A DNA stretch of 64,000 nt. Source: Amphiscolops sp. MND2022 (lineage: Eukaryota). This document shows, in pieces, positions 14,698-28,400 of this stretch (its first letter is position 1; each line of letters begins with the position of its first letter). The position numbers and the translations under genes are program-made. Under the pieces are notes generated by a model that saw only the letters and a list, made by a program, of their open reading frames with translations, had not been told where the DNA came from and ran no database searches. The stretch is taken from positions 76,944,001-77,008,000 of the forward strand of contig OZ076409.1 in assembly GCA_964187785.1 (NCBI GenBank), read 5' to 3'.

Positions 14698-15020
14698 TTC
14701 CCCCTTTACTAATGGCCGATAATCTGCCAAGGAGGTAGAACTGCTTTCTTTTGTGGTGGTCGTTCCTGCACTGGTCCAAGGTTTGGTGGGCGGGTAACCG
14801 TTCCTCGCTTCATTGGTTGGTTGTCACGGTTTGTGATTGGCCGTAACGTCTGTATGTGGTTGGCTTGCCGGCTCATTGTATGTTGTTCCCGGTCTCCGGC
14901 TCAGTCTCTGATTAACCCGGTGAGATTCCCGAGTTCAGTTTTTCTGTTCATGGTGTTTCCTGTAGTCTTGGCAATAACAATTGGGTTACTTATCGTTAGC
15001 CTTTTGGATCTTCGTACAGA

Positions 15021-15554
15021 TTTTTAGTCGGCGCTTTTTGTAGAAAAGCGCAGACTTAAGTGGTGACTTTTCTTTTTTTAAGTCCAACGAAAACACAGAT
15101 TTTATAAGCTTTATAAGCTGGCTCCCACTAACTGCATAGAGACTACTGGCACTTGGCATAAAGTTTAATTAGAATTTTTTGAGGTTTGCCGAGCAGAAGA
15201 CGTGGGTTCGAGTCCCGTCACGACCAAAAATTTTTTTGCAGGATTTTTTCGGCATTGTGAGACTTTTTTCAGCAAATTTTTTTATTTAATGTCTCCAAAC
15301 AGTCCCCTTCATTTTTTTCTATTTTGCAAAAGAATGAATGTTCAAAAACTCCCAAATGCACCCTTTTACATTTTTCGGCATTATGCGACTTACGGGAGGC
15401 CAAACAAAAATTGGAAAAAAATATTTAAAAAATTGGATTTTTTTCAATTTTTTCCCCACGCGAGTACAATAGAAGAGAATACTTGACACTTTGAGGTACT
15501 TTTGCTATTTTTGAGCCTAATATATGGCGCCGACTTGTGCGTTCCCGATTTGTT
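15021..15554 (+). mobile_element. Helentron/DINE-1-like non-autonomous element nested in element C
   Basis: 5' TTTTT-AGTCGGCGC with adjacent inverted copy (AAAAGCGCAGACT); 3' subterminal inverted repeat GCGCCGACT followed by a degenerate hairpin and TTGTT. Confidence 0.7.
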
Positions 15555-16380
15555 CTTCTTTGTTTTTCGAGGCAGTTTCGATTTCAGTACATGAACTCAA
15601 GTTTCTTGCTAAGTCTAATTCAGAACTTTCTAAGTTATTTTCTTCGATTATGTTCGATTTTGGGTTATTATCAATAAGTACTTTCCGTTTTGGACTCCGA
15701 TAAAAACTCCTGATCTGCGCTTTCAGCGTCTTCTATGGCACGGTCTACTTCCGTGTCCGTCATGGTGCGGTGATGATAGTCCGCGGGCACGTACTGTCTC
15801 ACGGTTTTGGTGTTTATGTTGAGCTGTTTTGTAGAGAGTTTGGGATGAGGCGGTCTGTGATTGGTCTGGGTCTGCCTCGCCCAAATGTTTTCGAGAGCTG
15901 TATTGTCCAGAGGCTTCGGTGTTTTCGGGTTTTTCAGCTCCATTGCTGGTGTTTATAGCTGGCTGTCTGATTCTATCACTGTTTTCCGTTGTGTTTTGAT
16001 GGTGATTTTGTAAATCGGACGTGCTGTCCTCGTGGTCCATTCCCTCTGTTGCTGTGTTCCTGGTTAAAATCAGCGAAACGTTTACTAATATGTTTTCCAG
16101 GTAGTACTCTCCCGTTAGGAGTGGTATGCTATGATCGGTGCCCGATTATGCTATTTGTTGTTCATCGGAATATGCACTTTTAGATTACTGAAGCTGATGT
16201 TTTTTCTAGGAATAAAAAGAGGTACTTACAATCTTTTTTTGGGCTTTTCTTTGGCTTCATGGGTAGCTGGTCAGACACACCTCCAGCTCCACCGAACGAA
16301 AACACCTGTAAGGTGTCTGGCTCGGTTCAAACGGAATGATTGGTTAACTATTCTAACGTATCGAGTTTTAACCGGTTGCT

Positions 16381-19300
16381 TTATTCGGTGTTCAGTATTT
16401 TGCGGTAATGAAGTTCAAAAGCAGAGTTTCTCAGTCTTATAGGTGTTGTTTTTCTCATTACATCCAGAGACATGTAATGAGGTGTTTGGAACCTTACCCA
16501 ATCAATCTCCGACTTTATATTCATTACAAGATTTTCTTTCAAAGTTCTGACTCCCCGTTCAACTAGGACAGTGGGGTTGTGTATATACGGTGTCCTGTAC
16601 ATTCATTCGATGTAGTGCTTTTTACTAAACTCTCTGAAGAGACCTCCCGTGAACGCGGTGGTTTTATCCGTTCTAATCATTTCCGGTATGCCATTTCTAA
16701 GGAAAAACTGTTCGAGAAATATTACCACCGTTTCTCCGTACGTAGATGTGCAGAAGTTCGCATTTACTGACCCGGCCCATAGACAATAAAATATAGAACC
16801 GACGATTGTTCTCCGTGGTTGGTTCAATGAAATAAATCAATTGTATTTCGTCGTTTGGACTGTTTAACGGCGCAAGATTCTTTGTTTCCGTACTTGGTAA
16901 ATTAGGCTCACCGGAATAATTTGAAGGGACTGCATGTTTCGCACTTCTTCTGTTTCGCATTCGTCATTCTCGGCCACCAGAAATGCTGTCCTGCGAGAGT
17001 CATCTTTTTGATGGCGGGATGCCCTTTGTGGAGGAGTCTGATTATGGTTGTTCGGTGATTCTTCGGGACAATGATTTTGTCTTCTAAGAAGACCAGACCC
17101 AACCTGCTTGATAGTTTCATTTTGTGGGCTAGATACTCTTCTGGTATCATCTCGTGTTGCTGGCGTTCTAGGCATACTAGTGTCTTCAACAATTTACGGT
17201 CGTCGTTAGTGGTATCTGTCATCAAGCATTGTAAAATCCGTTGAATTTATTTTCTGTTTCTCGCACGGCTTGTTCCAGGTCCTAGTTGTTTTCGTCTTGT
17301 GCTGTTATTTTCGGTACGTGCCCCATTTCTACGAATTGGACAATTTTTACTCCTATGTAGCGTACCCTATTGACTGCGGGAACATCTAGGACCGACAAGT
17401 CCTGGTCCGTTTAGGAGTCAATTTCTCATCCCTCCATCGTGATTGGGGTGTTTTGGTCTTGGCCGATCAATGCTGTTGACGGTCCTGGTTTACCGTGTTC
17501 ATTCGAGTGGGCCTCCATCGATCCGATTGTCCTGTCTGTGGTTGGAAGCCTCATCTATGTTATGGGCACACTCGCTCTCAAGTCTCGGTTCACGGCTTCT
17601 GATTATCATCTGCTGTAATCGTTCTTCGATCACCATTCCTTCCTAACCTTCCATTTCGCAGAGGTTATGTTCGTGATATTTCTTCCATTTTTCTCCGGCC
17701 ATACGATAGATGCCGGGTTGTACAATTTTTTTCTATCTGCAGATTGGATCTGTTGTTTCAGCGGAAGAAATGACCGCGGTTCTCAAACGATCTAGCATCC
17801 ATTGAATTTTGCGTGTGTGTACGTAATGCTGTTAAGGCAATCAAGGGCGGTTTATTCACGCGCGTCCTTAAATCTTGGTTGGTGGTTTGTTTTGTGTTCG
17901 CTTTCGTCCGTTTCGCTTTCTGATTGGTCAGTATGGTTGCTGAGGCAACTGTATTTGAAAATGAACTCGTAATGCAGTAGAATGTTTTTAATGATGTATT
18001 CTTCGTCGAACGCTTCGTCCGTTTGCGGCGGTGCTGACGGATTTCTGCTCATGTAATCCGTGAGTGCTTACTGTTTACCAGCGATGTGGTTCACATTATT
18101 TGTAAAATGTGCTAATCGGTCCGGTCACCTCGCGAGCCCTGCACTGTACGTCTTATTGGAGCGGTTCTGTTTATTCAGTGGTTCCAGTTCCTGGTGGTCT
18201 TTTATCGCTTTACCGTACGTATACAAACGAAAATGCGTTAGTCCCCAAACTACGGCTATAAGTTCAAGTTTGTTTTTTGCATATTTTTTCGGTATCTGAC
18301 AAAAATCGACTTGCAAAACCAATTGGTTGCAAGTTTCCGTCTAATTGTTCTTGCCGTTGAATTGCATCGAGGCTTTTAGTCCTGCGTCGGTTGTTATGAC
18401 ATTCGCGTAGTTGGAATTTTGATGAGCCAAACACGGTATCTAAGTGATTTTTGCTTGAGTTTTTCAAATGCTAGCGTGTGTTCTTCCGTCCATACCCATT
18501 CAGCATCCTTTTTCATTAGCTGTCTAAAACTGTCCCCGTTTGTGCCGATAAATTATCGATGTTTTTAGACAAATAATGGATAGCTCCAAGGAACAAGTTT
18601 AGTTCTTTTTTGTTGGTGGGTCGCTTCATTTGTTTTATTGGCATGAGTTCGTCTTGCAGTGGCCTGATTCTGTTTTGATGGTTTTATGCCAATTCGAGTT
18701 TCATTTTGAAAAGTTCGGACTTGTATTCGCTGAGTCTGTATCCAGCGTTTCTAGTCTAGTTAGGACATCAAAAGGCTCTTTCTTGGGGTGTTCTTTTGAG
18801 CTTTTTGATACCAAAATTCTGTCATCCAACCAAGCTGGGTGTTGGTTTTTTGATGTTTGGTTGATTTTCTTCTGAAAGTTTGTCGGTATATCAGCTAACC
18901 CGTAGAATCATTTGAGGAAACGGTAGTAACTGTTGAAGTTTCCCGCGGGTACGGCAAATTTGCCTAGAATCCGGGCTTCCTTGGATAGTTGTAGTTGTCC
19001 ATACGCATACTTAAATCGAATTTTGGGATCCACATTTCATCTGCCGCTCCGTCTGCAGTTTTTCTGGATTTTCTTGAAATCAGCTCTTCCATATTGTGCA
19101 TTCGTACCTTTCTTTTTATGGTAATTTCATTCAGTGTTTGTCAATCCAGCGGAATCATCACTGCTTTGTCTTTCTTTACCCTGATTACGGTCGGACTAAC
19201 GAAGCAGTTTTCATCAATGTTATTTGCTTTCTCGATGTTGCCTTGTTACTTTAATTTTTAATTTTTTTTCAAACCAAATATTAAAGTAATCAGTATTGGT

Positions 19301-20786
19301 GTTCATTTTTGTTATGTCAATTTTGAGTCTTCTTTCGTTTGTATATTTAATTCCAGTCCTTTCATGGTGTGATTTTCGTTGAAACGTTTTTTGAATTTCT
19401 CCTGAATGTTGTTATATCCGGATCTTCTTTTAGGTAGTTTATTTCTGGATCGGTCTTATTGGTATCCAGCGGGGTTCCTAGCTTTTTCATCCAATCTAAG
19501 TCCAATAAGGGATTTGTCGTCTTTGTCGTTAGCAGAATCTCCAGACATTTTTCCCATCTATTTCCAACTTTGCCCTTGTTTTACCTTCAAACTTTATTCG
19601 GTTGTCGTTTACGTCTCTTTATTCGGTTTCTAGTGGACGTAGTGGAACTATTTTGTTGAAATGTGACTTCGGAATTAAAGTTACCGGTGAGCCGCTGTCA
19701 ATAATAAATTTGATTGGTCGGTTATTAACCAATGTGGTGAAGGTAAAGAATTCCTGACCGTCATTCTTCACTGAGCGTGTTGAATGGATGTTCTGGTTTA
19801 AAGAATGGATTGTGTCTGTTGACCAATCGCCTTCTTCCGCACTACTAGTTCCTTGTTCCGGTGTGCGGTTTATTTTTCGATTTGACCGGCAGCATTTCGC
19901 AAAATTGCATATCGTTTCGCATTTTGCGCATTTCTTTCCCTTGGCCGGCATTCATTCTGTCACGACCAGTTTGGAGCTCCACATCTGCTGCAGTCTTGTT
20001 TCTTGAATTTTGTCGACTTATCTGGTGATTCCTTGGTGATTCTTGTCTTTGTTTTGCTAAGATATCGAATCACCTTCTCCTTCTCCGTTGAGTCATTGGA
20101 TTTTTCATACATGTACTCATGTAATGCTTTCGTCTTTGCCTCTGCCGACATGTCATTCTTTCTGATAGTTTTCTCGAGATCGTAATCGCCAGTTGATTTG
20201 ACAATGAAAGACAAAAAGTTTGATGCCAGAAGTACCGCGGTGGTTATTGTTTCAAATTCGCAGTTTTTTCTACTTCTAGGATTCGTTTCCAAACGTCTGC
20301 TGTGGATTCTCTGTCTTCTCGTTTCAGGTCAAAGAAGTCAACTCTGCTATGTTGAACGTTTTTCTCTGGCGTAAAGTGTTGTCAGAAAAGTGTACATAGT
20401 TTATACAATGGTATTGAAAATCGGTTCTCTCTCACTGTTTTTGTCATCTTCGTGATAGCATTTCGTCCAATTGCCCATAGAATTATGTCCTTCAGTTCTG
20501 TTTCTAAATGGTCAAGGCTTTGTGACAGTATCTCTTTTTTTCTCGTCATTGTTGATAGGTCCCATTCCTTCGTCATTTTTATGTACTGTTTAAATTTCCG
20601 CCACCACATGTTTGCATTGGTTTAGTCTTGCTTTTCCAAAGTTGGAATGGTAAGCTTCTGAGTGAAGGTCCGTTCTGTGGCCGTGTTTATCGTGTCGTTT
20701 GGTAGCAGTTGCCCACTTGAGGGTGATTCCACTGACGTCATTGTGGTACCACCGCTTCTTGGAGTGGCTTCTGTGTTGCTGTCCAT
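16381..20786 (-). pseudogene. gag-pol of element C, heavily frameshifted
   Basis: ORF fragments 20382-20609 and 19960-20292 (gag), 19619-19951 (knuckle plus DSGS protease), 18125-18467 (RNase H), 16381-17225 (integrase). Confidence 0.85.
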
Positions 20787-20827
20787 TGGTTTTTTTGTAA
20801 TGGTCGGTTGTAACCTTTATGGTTAAT

Positions 20828-20839
20828 CTGACTGCGCCA
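20828..20839 (-). promoter_or_regulatory. Primer binding site of element C (TGGCGCAGTCAG, tRNA-Ser-like)
   Basis: TGG immediately follows the LTR end ...CAACA. TGGCGCAGTC is the tRNA-Ser-type PBS known from Gypsy-group elements. Confidence 0.75.
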
Positions 20840-21053
20840 TGTTGTCTTCCTAATCATTTTGGTAAAAAGGATTCAGTGTTTTAAAATTAACTGTGTTCTT
20901 TCGTGACTTTTTGTAGCACTGAGTTGATGCTTCTTCAGCATATATGTGGCAAGTACAGGTGTTTAAACAACAATGATAATAATAACAAAATACAAATAGA
21001 ATGAAAACGTAGACTAATTAGTTGATACAGTCTGAGTTCGTATGTCCTCTACA
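20840..21053 (-). repeat. 5' LTR of element C
   Basis: TGTAGAGG...ACAACA on the minus strand, similar to 14489-14697 and followed by the PBS. Confidence 0.85.
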
Positions 21054-21156
21054 GCAACCTATAATTGAACTCTGATTGTTCAAATTAGGAGAGGTGGTAC
21101 ATCATTAGACCAAAGAGTTCTAGGTAGAAGATTGATTTTTTAAAACCTTCATCTTA

Positions 21157-21604
21157 TTTTTAGTCGGCGCTTTTCTTAAGAAAAGGGTCGACTACAGTCA
21201 AGGTTTTTCGTCAGTGTTTTCCAAGACCACCTGAAGTGACCAAAATAGTTCTACCAAAAATTCTACAAAATGCCAAATTGTACCTGTTGCCCCAAGGAAC
21301 TGAACCAGAAAGGTTTCCAGCGTAACATACAATTCCGGACGAGACCAAAGGGTCCCCCCTTTAGATTTTTTTCGGTACTGTGCGATTTTTTCCACCAAAG
21401 GGTCCCTCCTAATTTTTTGGAGTTTTTCAACATAGATGTTGAAAAATCCCAAAGGATCCTCCCTTTCAGTTTTGTTCGGCATTGTGAGACTTAAAAAATT
21501 TTCATTAAAGGTTCCAAATTCACCAATGCTTTGACATTTTGAAGTTCTTCTGCTATTTTTGAGCCTTAGATATGGCGCCGACTTAGGCCGGTCCCTGTTT
21601 GTTT
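21157..21604 (+). mobile_element. Helentron/DINE-1-like non-autonomous element
   Basis: TTTTTAGTCGGCGCTTTT...AAAAGGGTCGACT 5' end; GAGCCTTAGATATGGCGCCGACTTAGGCCGGTCCCTGTTTGTT 3' end. Confidence 0.7.
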
Positions 21605-22591
21605 AAACTCGAGTAGGCTCTCTGATTATGACCCTTGCCAAGCCAATTGAAATGGAAAAAAAATCGGAAAAAAAGCCAAATAGCGTGAAACAATTTGAAG
21701 GGGACCCTTTGAGCTCTTAAAACGCATTGACGTAACTGTAAACATCAAAAAATTCAGTCGGTCTCCCAGAGAGCTCCGAAGAGACTGTAAAGCTGTGAAG
21801 TACTCCAAGTACCCTTTGACTTTTTTGGGTACCCTTCAGTGTGAACTCGGTGGTTTGTAAAAATATTAGTCAATGTAATAATCGGGCTCATTTGGTGGTT
21901 TGTAGGCGGAATAGTGCAGCTTCGAAGTGAAGATTATTTTGAAAAAGTGTTACAAGATCGTGCAGTAGTTAGTGTGTGGTTTCGACGCTGACTAAAGCGG
22001 ATTGTTTTTGTTTCTTTTTCAAATTGAGCTATTCTTTTGTAATTACTAATATATTGTATACTCTAATCCTTTTATATTCATAGACTTCAAGCAGTGCACC
22101 AAGCAGGCTTTATATACTGATGTTTATAAATCAACTCAAGTTTTGAACTGAAGTCATAGAAAATTCTGAAATAATGGGCGATTGAATATCTGTTTTCTCG
22201 TTAACAGAATGAATAACTGTTGTTGAACATCAAAGGAATTCGATTTTTAAAAAGCAAGCTCCTAACGTTTTTGGATCTATAAATGCAAATTCACTATAAA
22301 TGTCAAAAATTGTTCAAAATTTCTTCAATTATCTGAGATAGATAATTCCTATGGCGGCATGAACGGGATGATGAATATTCAACTTCATTTATCTCATTTT
22401 CACATTGATTATTTACAAATTTGCTCATAGTGTGGAATAAGCATTAATAATTTTCTTCAGTTTTGTCAAAAGCAGTAACTTAAAATGTCACCATCAGAGG
22501 TTAAAAGTACATGACTGAAGCATGGTCAAGAAATCTGTTGCTGTATTTTAAAATCTAGAACCGGTTGAATTCGTTTTAAACTACGTAATAC

Positions 22592-24005
22592 CCCAGCGAT
22601 CGAAGACATGGTACGCTTGCAAAGAACCATGGTGAATCGCTAGCTAGCCTTGCCAAGATCTTACCATGATCTTACCAAGATCTTGCCACGGATACCATGA
22701 TTATGCAAGATCGTGCCAAGCGTACCATGTTTTACCATGATCTTGGCAAGGATGCCAAGATTAACCATGTTCTTGACAAGGGTTCCATGGTAGCAAATCC
22801 GTTTTTTCTAATAATTGGTAACTCCTATTTTCTAGTTCTATTTATTTTTATTGCACCGGTTTGTATTGCATTCTCGAACTTCAGTAATTTTAACACTTTA
22901 CCTCAATAGGTGAGGTATTAGCAAGATTAACATATCATGGCTAGAAAACCGCAAAATTTTCACACCGATATCGCAAAACCGCAAGTTGCAATAACTTGAT
23001 TCAGAGTTTGCTTTGTATGATAAATTCCGATAGTAGTAACGATGCCGTCCCTGGTTGGAACTGCTTGAACTTTTTACACGTTTTATAGGTTACCCAGCTA
23101 ATTTTTCATGATTTTATAAAATTCTCAAGGAAACCACCATGCATTAAAACTTCACTGATGCAATTTAAATTCATCAAGCTGCCAATAAGAAGCAGCCTAA
23201 ATTTGGCGGCAATTCTGAGCTGCGAAGTTTTACAGTTTTCATGAAGACGCCGTTCTAATTTTGAAAGTAGCTTAGACCTTCGTCAATTTTACCGCGGTTT
23301 CAATGCAAATAATTTTCAGTCGTATTATAAGTTTCAAAGTAGCGTCATATTCAGCGCTATTTGAATAACGGTCTTTACATAAGGTACTTACTTGAGAAAC
23401 TTACGCGTGAAAACAAAGTGATCGCGGTGGTGAAGAAGTGGAAATGTTTTCAATTTTAACTCAAGTGGTGAAAGCTGCATAGTAATCCTATGAAATGTTT
23501 CCATACATGGTCCCTGAATTTTCCATGTTTTCTTTACAAATAGCCGGCATTTTTTGAAGGTGCCTGTAAAACCTCGCGGCAACTTCGACTAGGGAGCTCT
23601 CAAGTAACAAAACTCGGTCAATAGGTGCAGCAAATTATTGAGAAGTGTTGTATACTTTTCAGTGTAAAAATTGTTTTCGATAAATAAAGGTTATGTCCGA
23701 AGTTATCACAATGGCTTATTCAGAAATTCGAGACGACAAGAAGTTTTTATGAAAAGAATAACTTAAACATTTATACAGTTCACATGTCTTACCATGGTTA
23801 TCTTGCCATGATCTTGCCATGATCTTGACAAGCGTCCCATATATCATGATTAGCCATGATCTTGACAAGGGTACCATGGTTAACCATGATTTAGCAAGAT
23901 TTATCATGATCATGGCAAGGGTTCCACGGCTTCGAACACTGGGTTTAGCCTGCATTAATTGATGGCCATGATCTTGGCAAGCGTAGCGTGTCTTCGATCG
24001 CTGGG
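22592..24005. mobile_element. Non-autonomous CMC/EnSpm-like DNA transposon with subterminal repeat arrays
   Basis: TIRs CCCAGCGATCGAAGAC.../...GTCTTCGATCGCTGGG, 2-bp flanking duplication AC (22590-91 and 24006-07), and arrays of CCATGATCTTG(G/C)CAAG at 22610-22790 and 23790-23980. Confidence 0.75.
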
Positions 24006-24629
24006 ACACGTAGTGAAAATGAGGTTCCATTTTGTTATCATTATTGGTAGCACTTGTCTCAGCTTTCATATACTCAGGTAGATCATCACAGCAATAACAT
24101 ACTTATCGTAGTAAGATGTTAACGAGATCATATTATTACCATTTTTACAACGAATCGTACTGCGAAATGCATGTTAGTGTGGCAAAATGTTGCAAAATTT
24201 GTTCATTTCTGAATTTTTATTTCATTGTTTCTGATTGCTTTCATTTCTAAATTTTTCCAATTATGCGTTTCTATTAACTTTACAGGGATAAAAATTGTGG
24301 TGGTCTAAATAGGGTTGAAAACGGCAAAGGCTTTCTTAATAAGATGCTGGAGTGATTTGCAGACACATTATACGAGCTCTATCATGGGGTTCGTAGTACG
24401 ATCTCAATATCGCATCATGCCAATCTGAAAAAATCGTGGCATGATCACACCCAAAATTTTTCCGGGATCGTGGCATGATAGTACAACAATCGTACTATGA
24501 CTTGCATGGACGATCAGTCAGGGTAAAAGGGTAGTAACGAAAAGCCATTTTTATAATCAAATTTGGAAGCAAAATTAAGCCCTTAATACACACACCCTGA
24601 AGGAAGCATTCTATAGCTACCCTGCAGCT

Positions 24630-24988
24630 GCCCTATGGTACCTTTGCGCTTTTTAAACATCCAAATTGTTGCAAATTATCAACAAATCGAAGGGGGAGCC
24701 TTTGGAGACACTGAATAATTTCCGAAAAAAATCTCAGCGCCAAAAAATTGAAAGGGGAGACCGCTTAGTCTCGTCCGGTTTTGTATGCTACGATTAAAAA
24801 GTGAAAAGTGTAAGGGGACCCTTTGCAATAACTTAGGTGCGTTTCCCAGGTATTCGTTTAGTTGAACTAACTGAACAAAAATTTCGTCGTACTCGAAAGT
24901 CTGTCTTAAAGAAAAACTATTAAAAAAGAAAAAAACGAGTGATTGTAATAGTCAGGCTCTTTCGTTTTATAAAAGCGCCGACTAAAAA
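24630..24988 (-). mobile_element. 5' part of Helentron/DINE-like element
   Basis: AAAAGCGCCGACTAAAAA at 24971-24988 is the reverse complement of the family 5' end. Internal GGGGACCCTTT motifs match other copies. Confidence 0.55.
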
Positions 24989-25242
24989 CACAAACAAGAT
25001 TTTATTGATTTCACTTTCGATTTTCAAAAATTTAACCCGTTAAAACAACTGGAATTAGAAAATGCATGCATCTTGCATTAAAATTGTGTCAGTTAATTCG
25101 AGCATCTTCAAAGCCATTGCCGAGCTGACGAGCCTATGGCAACTATGAAGTTGTATACTCCACAAAAATAAAATGAATTTTCAAAAAAACTCCACAGAAT
25201 TTTTCCTGGTTTTGAGTATAATGAAGTATAACTGAACTAATA

Positions 25243-25405
25243 CAGTCGAATCTCAGTTAACAGCGCCTCTTGGGAAGTATCTCATTGATTACGTTGAAAA
25301 GAGCTCACGTTGTTTGTGTACTCGTTTTTAATGGATTTAGAGATCAAATTGCTGTATTACGAGAATTACTTTGTAACGATGGTTCATTATAGTGAGGTCT
25401 GACTG
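25243..25405. mobile_element. Tc1/mariner-pogo-like MITE
   Basis: TA-CAGTCGAATCTCA...TGAGGTCTGACTG-TA: imperfect TIRs starting CAGT, flanked by TA on both sides. Confidence 0.65.
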
Positions 25406-28400
25406 TAGCTTCAAACGCATATGCTCTGGAGTCAAGAGATGTCAATTCTTACATTCTGAGCGGTTTACAAGTTTCAGGGTTTTTTCGCGTAAAGTCACAA
25501 GATTAATATCTAAAGTTCATTTAGAGAACTAGTGCCAATAAAAGTGTTTAAACATGGGTTTGAAAATGAGAAGGCCCTCTAGATGTGGAGCAATTGATGC
25601 TGAGCATGGAAAATGTTCCGGAATATTTCATGTAACAGTTTTAAAAACGAAAGAAACACAAACATTGTGATGTTTGCAGCCATTCTAGGACTGATCAAAG
25701 TGGTTGATTGCAATCCACGGTAAACTGTTCAGTATTCAATAATGTTTTAATTGAATTTCGTTTCAGCCGAGTATCTCAAAACTCTAAAGAATGGAAGACG
25801 TATCAATAACAGAGAATCTGCAGCACCGGACGACAATCAAGAGAAAGTTCCACAGTTCTAGAACATTCTAGAACAACCCACTGAGACAACGCAAGATCAA
25901 CCAATCAAATCAGTGGAGATGGGGTGCAGAATTCATTGAAAGTGTGAATCTATAAGTCTCAAGTCGCCAAAAATACTGCTGAGATTCAGAGCTGGCGGCT
26001 CCTGGCTGTAGTTTCTAAAAGACCTGGACAATAATTTCCCTTTCAATTAACTTGCAGTTTGAGAATGTAAAAAATTATGCTGCTTGTAAGAAATCTGTTG
26101 TAAAAATATGGATTTCTTCAACAGAAACTTTTCATATATATGTCTGAGATGTCCAGGAGCTGCTTGGCATTTTGTAAGTTAGACAAATTTTGTTGAGATA
26201 GATATAGAGGCAAGTTCTATTACTTCGGTTTAAAAAGCAAAATTAGGTGATCGCATTTTGACTGCACAAATAAGTTGATTAGATGATTACGAAAAAATAG
26301 AAAAATTCTGCTCATCAATTAATCATTCATTTATCGTCTTCTAAAGAAAAGCAATTTTTTTCTTCAGTGTTTCAATTTCACCAGCTTTAACTATTTGGGG
26401 CAGAGTTCATTTCCATTCGGCGGTCATAAGTTGATTCCGATTTTCTTCAAAAATACCAAATTGGTGGCGTGCGCTGCCAAGAAATAAATTGTGGGTTGGC
26501 AGCATATCAGAGCCTAATTTTTTTTCTCTTAAATCACATTTTTGATAAATTACTGCAATTCGGTTAAAACTTGTATAGACCCAATTTACCAACGCATACC
26601 GTCGTCATCTTATCAAAAAAAGGTAATTTTTGAAATCCTAAAACTTGTTTTTTTTTCAGAAAACACAGCCTTTTTGAAACTTTTTGAAACTAATTTTTTT
26701 TCTCACTTGATCAAATTGCTGGTGATTGTGACCAAAAAGTAACAAACAGAAAAAAGTTTACTAGTTCCATAAAATTTGTTGACGACTCATAAATTATTGT
26801 ATACTATTTCCGCTCTTTACTTGTTCTCATCTTCGACATACTAGGATTGGAAACATGTTTTTTTGCTGAACTGCCTTCATTCGCTTTCTATTGCAGAAAA
26901 CCAACAATATCGCAGTGGCACTGTGACTCTCATTGACAAGTGAGACTAGTACTTTCACAGTTTCTGAATTCGTTCACAAGTTTATTTCAAGGAAACAATA
27001 ATTACAACACTATGCGCCTTTTGTATTTTTGAGCAGTTGTTTCCTGTTAACAATTTCAGAAACATGCCGCGCAAAAATATGTAAAAAAGAACTTTTTCCC
27101 GTTATCTTGCTGTACAAGGTATTAGCTTTCAAAGCGAAGTCTGATAACTAGTTCAAAGCACGGCCACAATTCTCGAGAATTCTTTGTTATATAATAGATT
27201 TCAGTGAACTGACATCTGTTCAACACTAGATCATAAAAAGCCAATTCTGTGAATTACCGGAACATCAGTTTTGCTGCTCCTTTGAGTACAATTCGAAATA
27301 ATCAACTACAAAAAGTGTAATGTTCATTTTTTGAAGAGTTACCAGCATAGGAAATGAAAGATTTGAGATATGAGTGAAAAGAAATAGAGCTTCTCTTCTC
27401 AGGGATTTTTATTACCCAATTATTGAAATTTTGATTCTGTAATAATGAATCGGTAAGAGCTGTTCATGTTTACACTTTTTCATTCATAGTTACCGCTTTT
27501 ACAACTCGACCTTGTATGTCTATATACACTTCTCGAAAAGTTGGATCTTCACAGGAATGAAAGATTTTGGATGCAACTTTGGAAATCCTACAAGCCAATA
27601 TAGGAATATTTGAAAAATGTCGCAGAGAAAAGCTTCGAATTTTGTCCGGAATTGAACTTTATCGTCCCTCTATGCTCAATTCGAAATCAGCCCTTAAGGG
27701 CTGAGAAAATGCTTTTTAAAGAAAAATCTTAGACGTGGCATTTTGTTTTTTTTTTCAAGTACGAAAAACACATCCAAGCAAATACGAAACCACATTTTAT
27801 AACTTCACTTTTTATAACTGAAGTGTTTATTGTGAATAAAATTCAAAAAAGAACTAAAGAGTAAACTAGCAACAAGATCAATAGACTACATAACGCCCTG
27901 GGTGTTGATTAGCAAACAGCTGCTTGTATTAATTTTTCAACTGATATTGCAGTTCGATTTATTACCGTATGACATCGCTCCCTCGTGGATTCTTCTACAA
28001 ATTGTGGAGGTTCACGATGACTTAGAATCATTTCTTGTGAAGTTCGTTGGAATTCGAAGCTTCACTATTTTTGCAGCGTGTCTCTGTAAAAAGTCTATGA
28101 TTGTTTTTTTTGGAACTCGAACAGAATAATTATTTTATCCACCACCGATAACAGTCCCAAGCGCACTGATAATGTTTCAAGGTTTAAAACACTTACCGAA
28201 CGAGTTTCAATAAGAAATGACTGGACCAGGATTAAGGGTTTTGACTTTACTTCTTCCTCGTCATCTTTTTGCATTGCAGACTCATGTTAATTCAACGTCG
28301 GTGATGTGCTTAGAATTAGACTCTTCAAGTCCTGCATGAAATCTAACAACGTTTCAAGATATTTTGTCCCGAAACCTCTTTGTTTTTGGTAACTTGTGCG

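Larger units (their letters stand above)
14489..21053 (-). mobile_element. Element C: decayed Ty3/Gypsy LTR retrotransposon with ~210-bp LTRs
   Basis: Direct repeats at 14489-14697 and 20840-21053 with TG..CA ends, PBS next to the right copy, PPT next to the left copy. Fragmented gag (CxxC knuckles), protease FIIDSGS, RNase H (LELIAVVWGL) and integrase (HKGHPAI...CETC, RTD, VERGVRTLK) in Gypsy order. TSD not clean. Confidence 0.9.

Noticed and set aside
15189..15227. tRNA gene
   Set aside because: Only a T-arm/B-box-like 3' half; no D-arm or complementary acceptor stem, and it lies within a repeat.
22610..22790. Short repeated units resembling a CRISPR array
   Set aside because: No unique spacers, eukaryotic context, and mirrored at 23790-23980 as transposon subterminal repeats.
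25680..25855. Possible host exons (TTTGCAG|...|GTAAAC and TTTCAG|...)
   Set aside because: Splice-like signals exist, but the joined peptide is short and unrecognisable; cannot be supported without RNA data.
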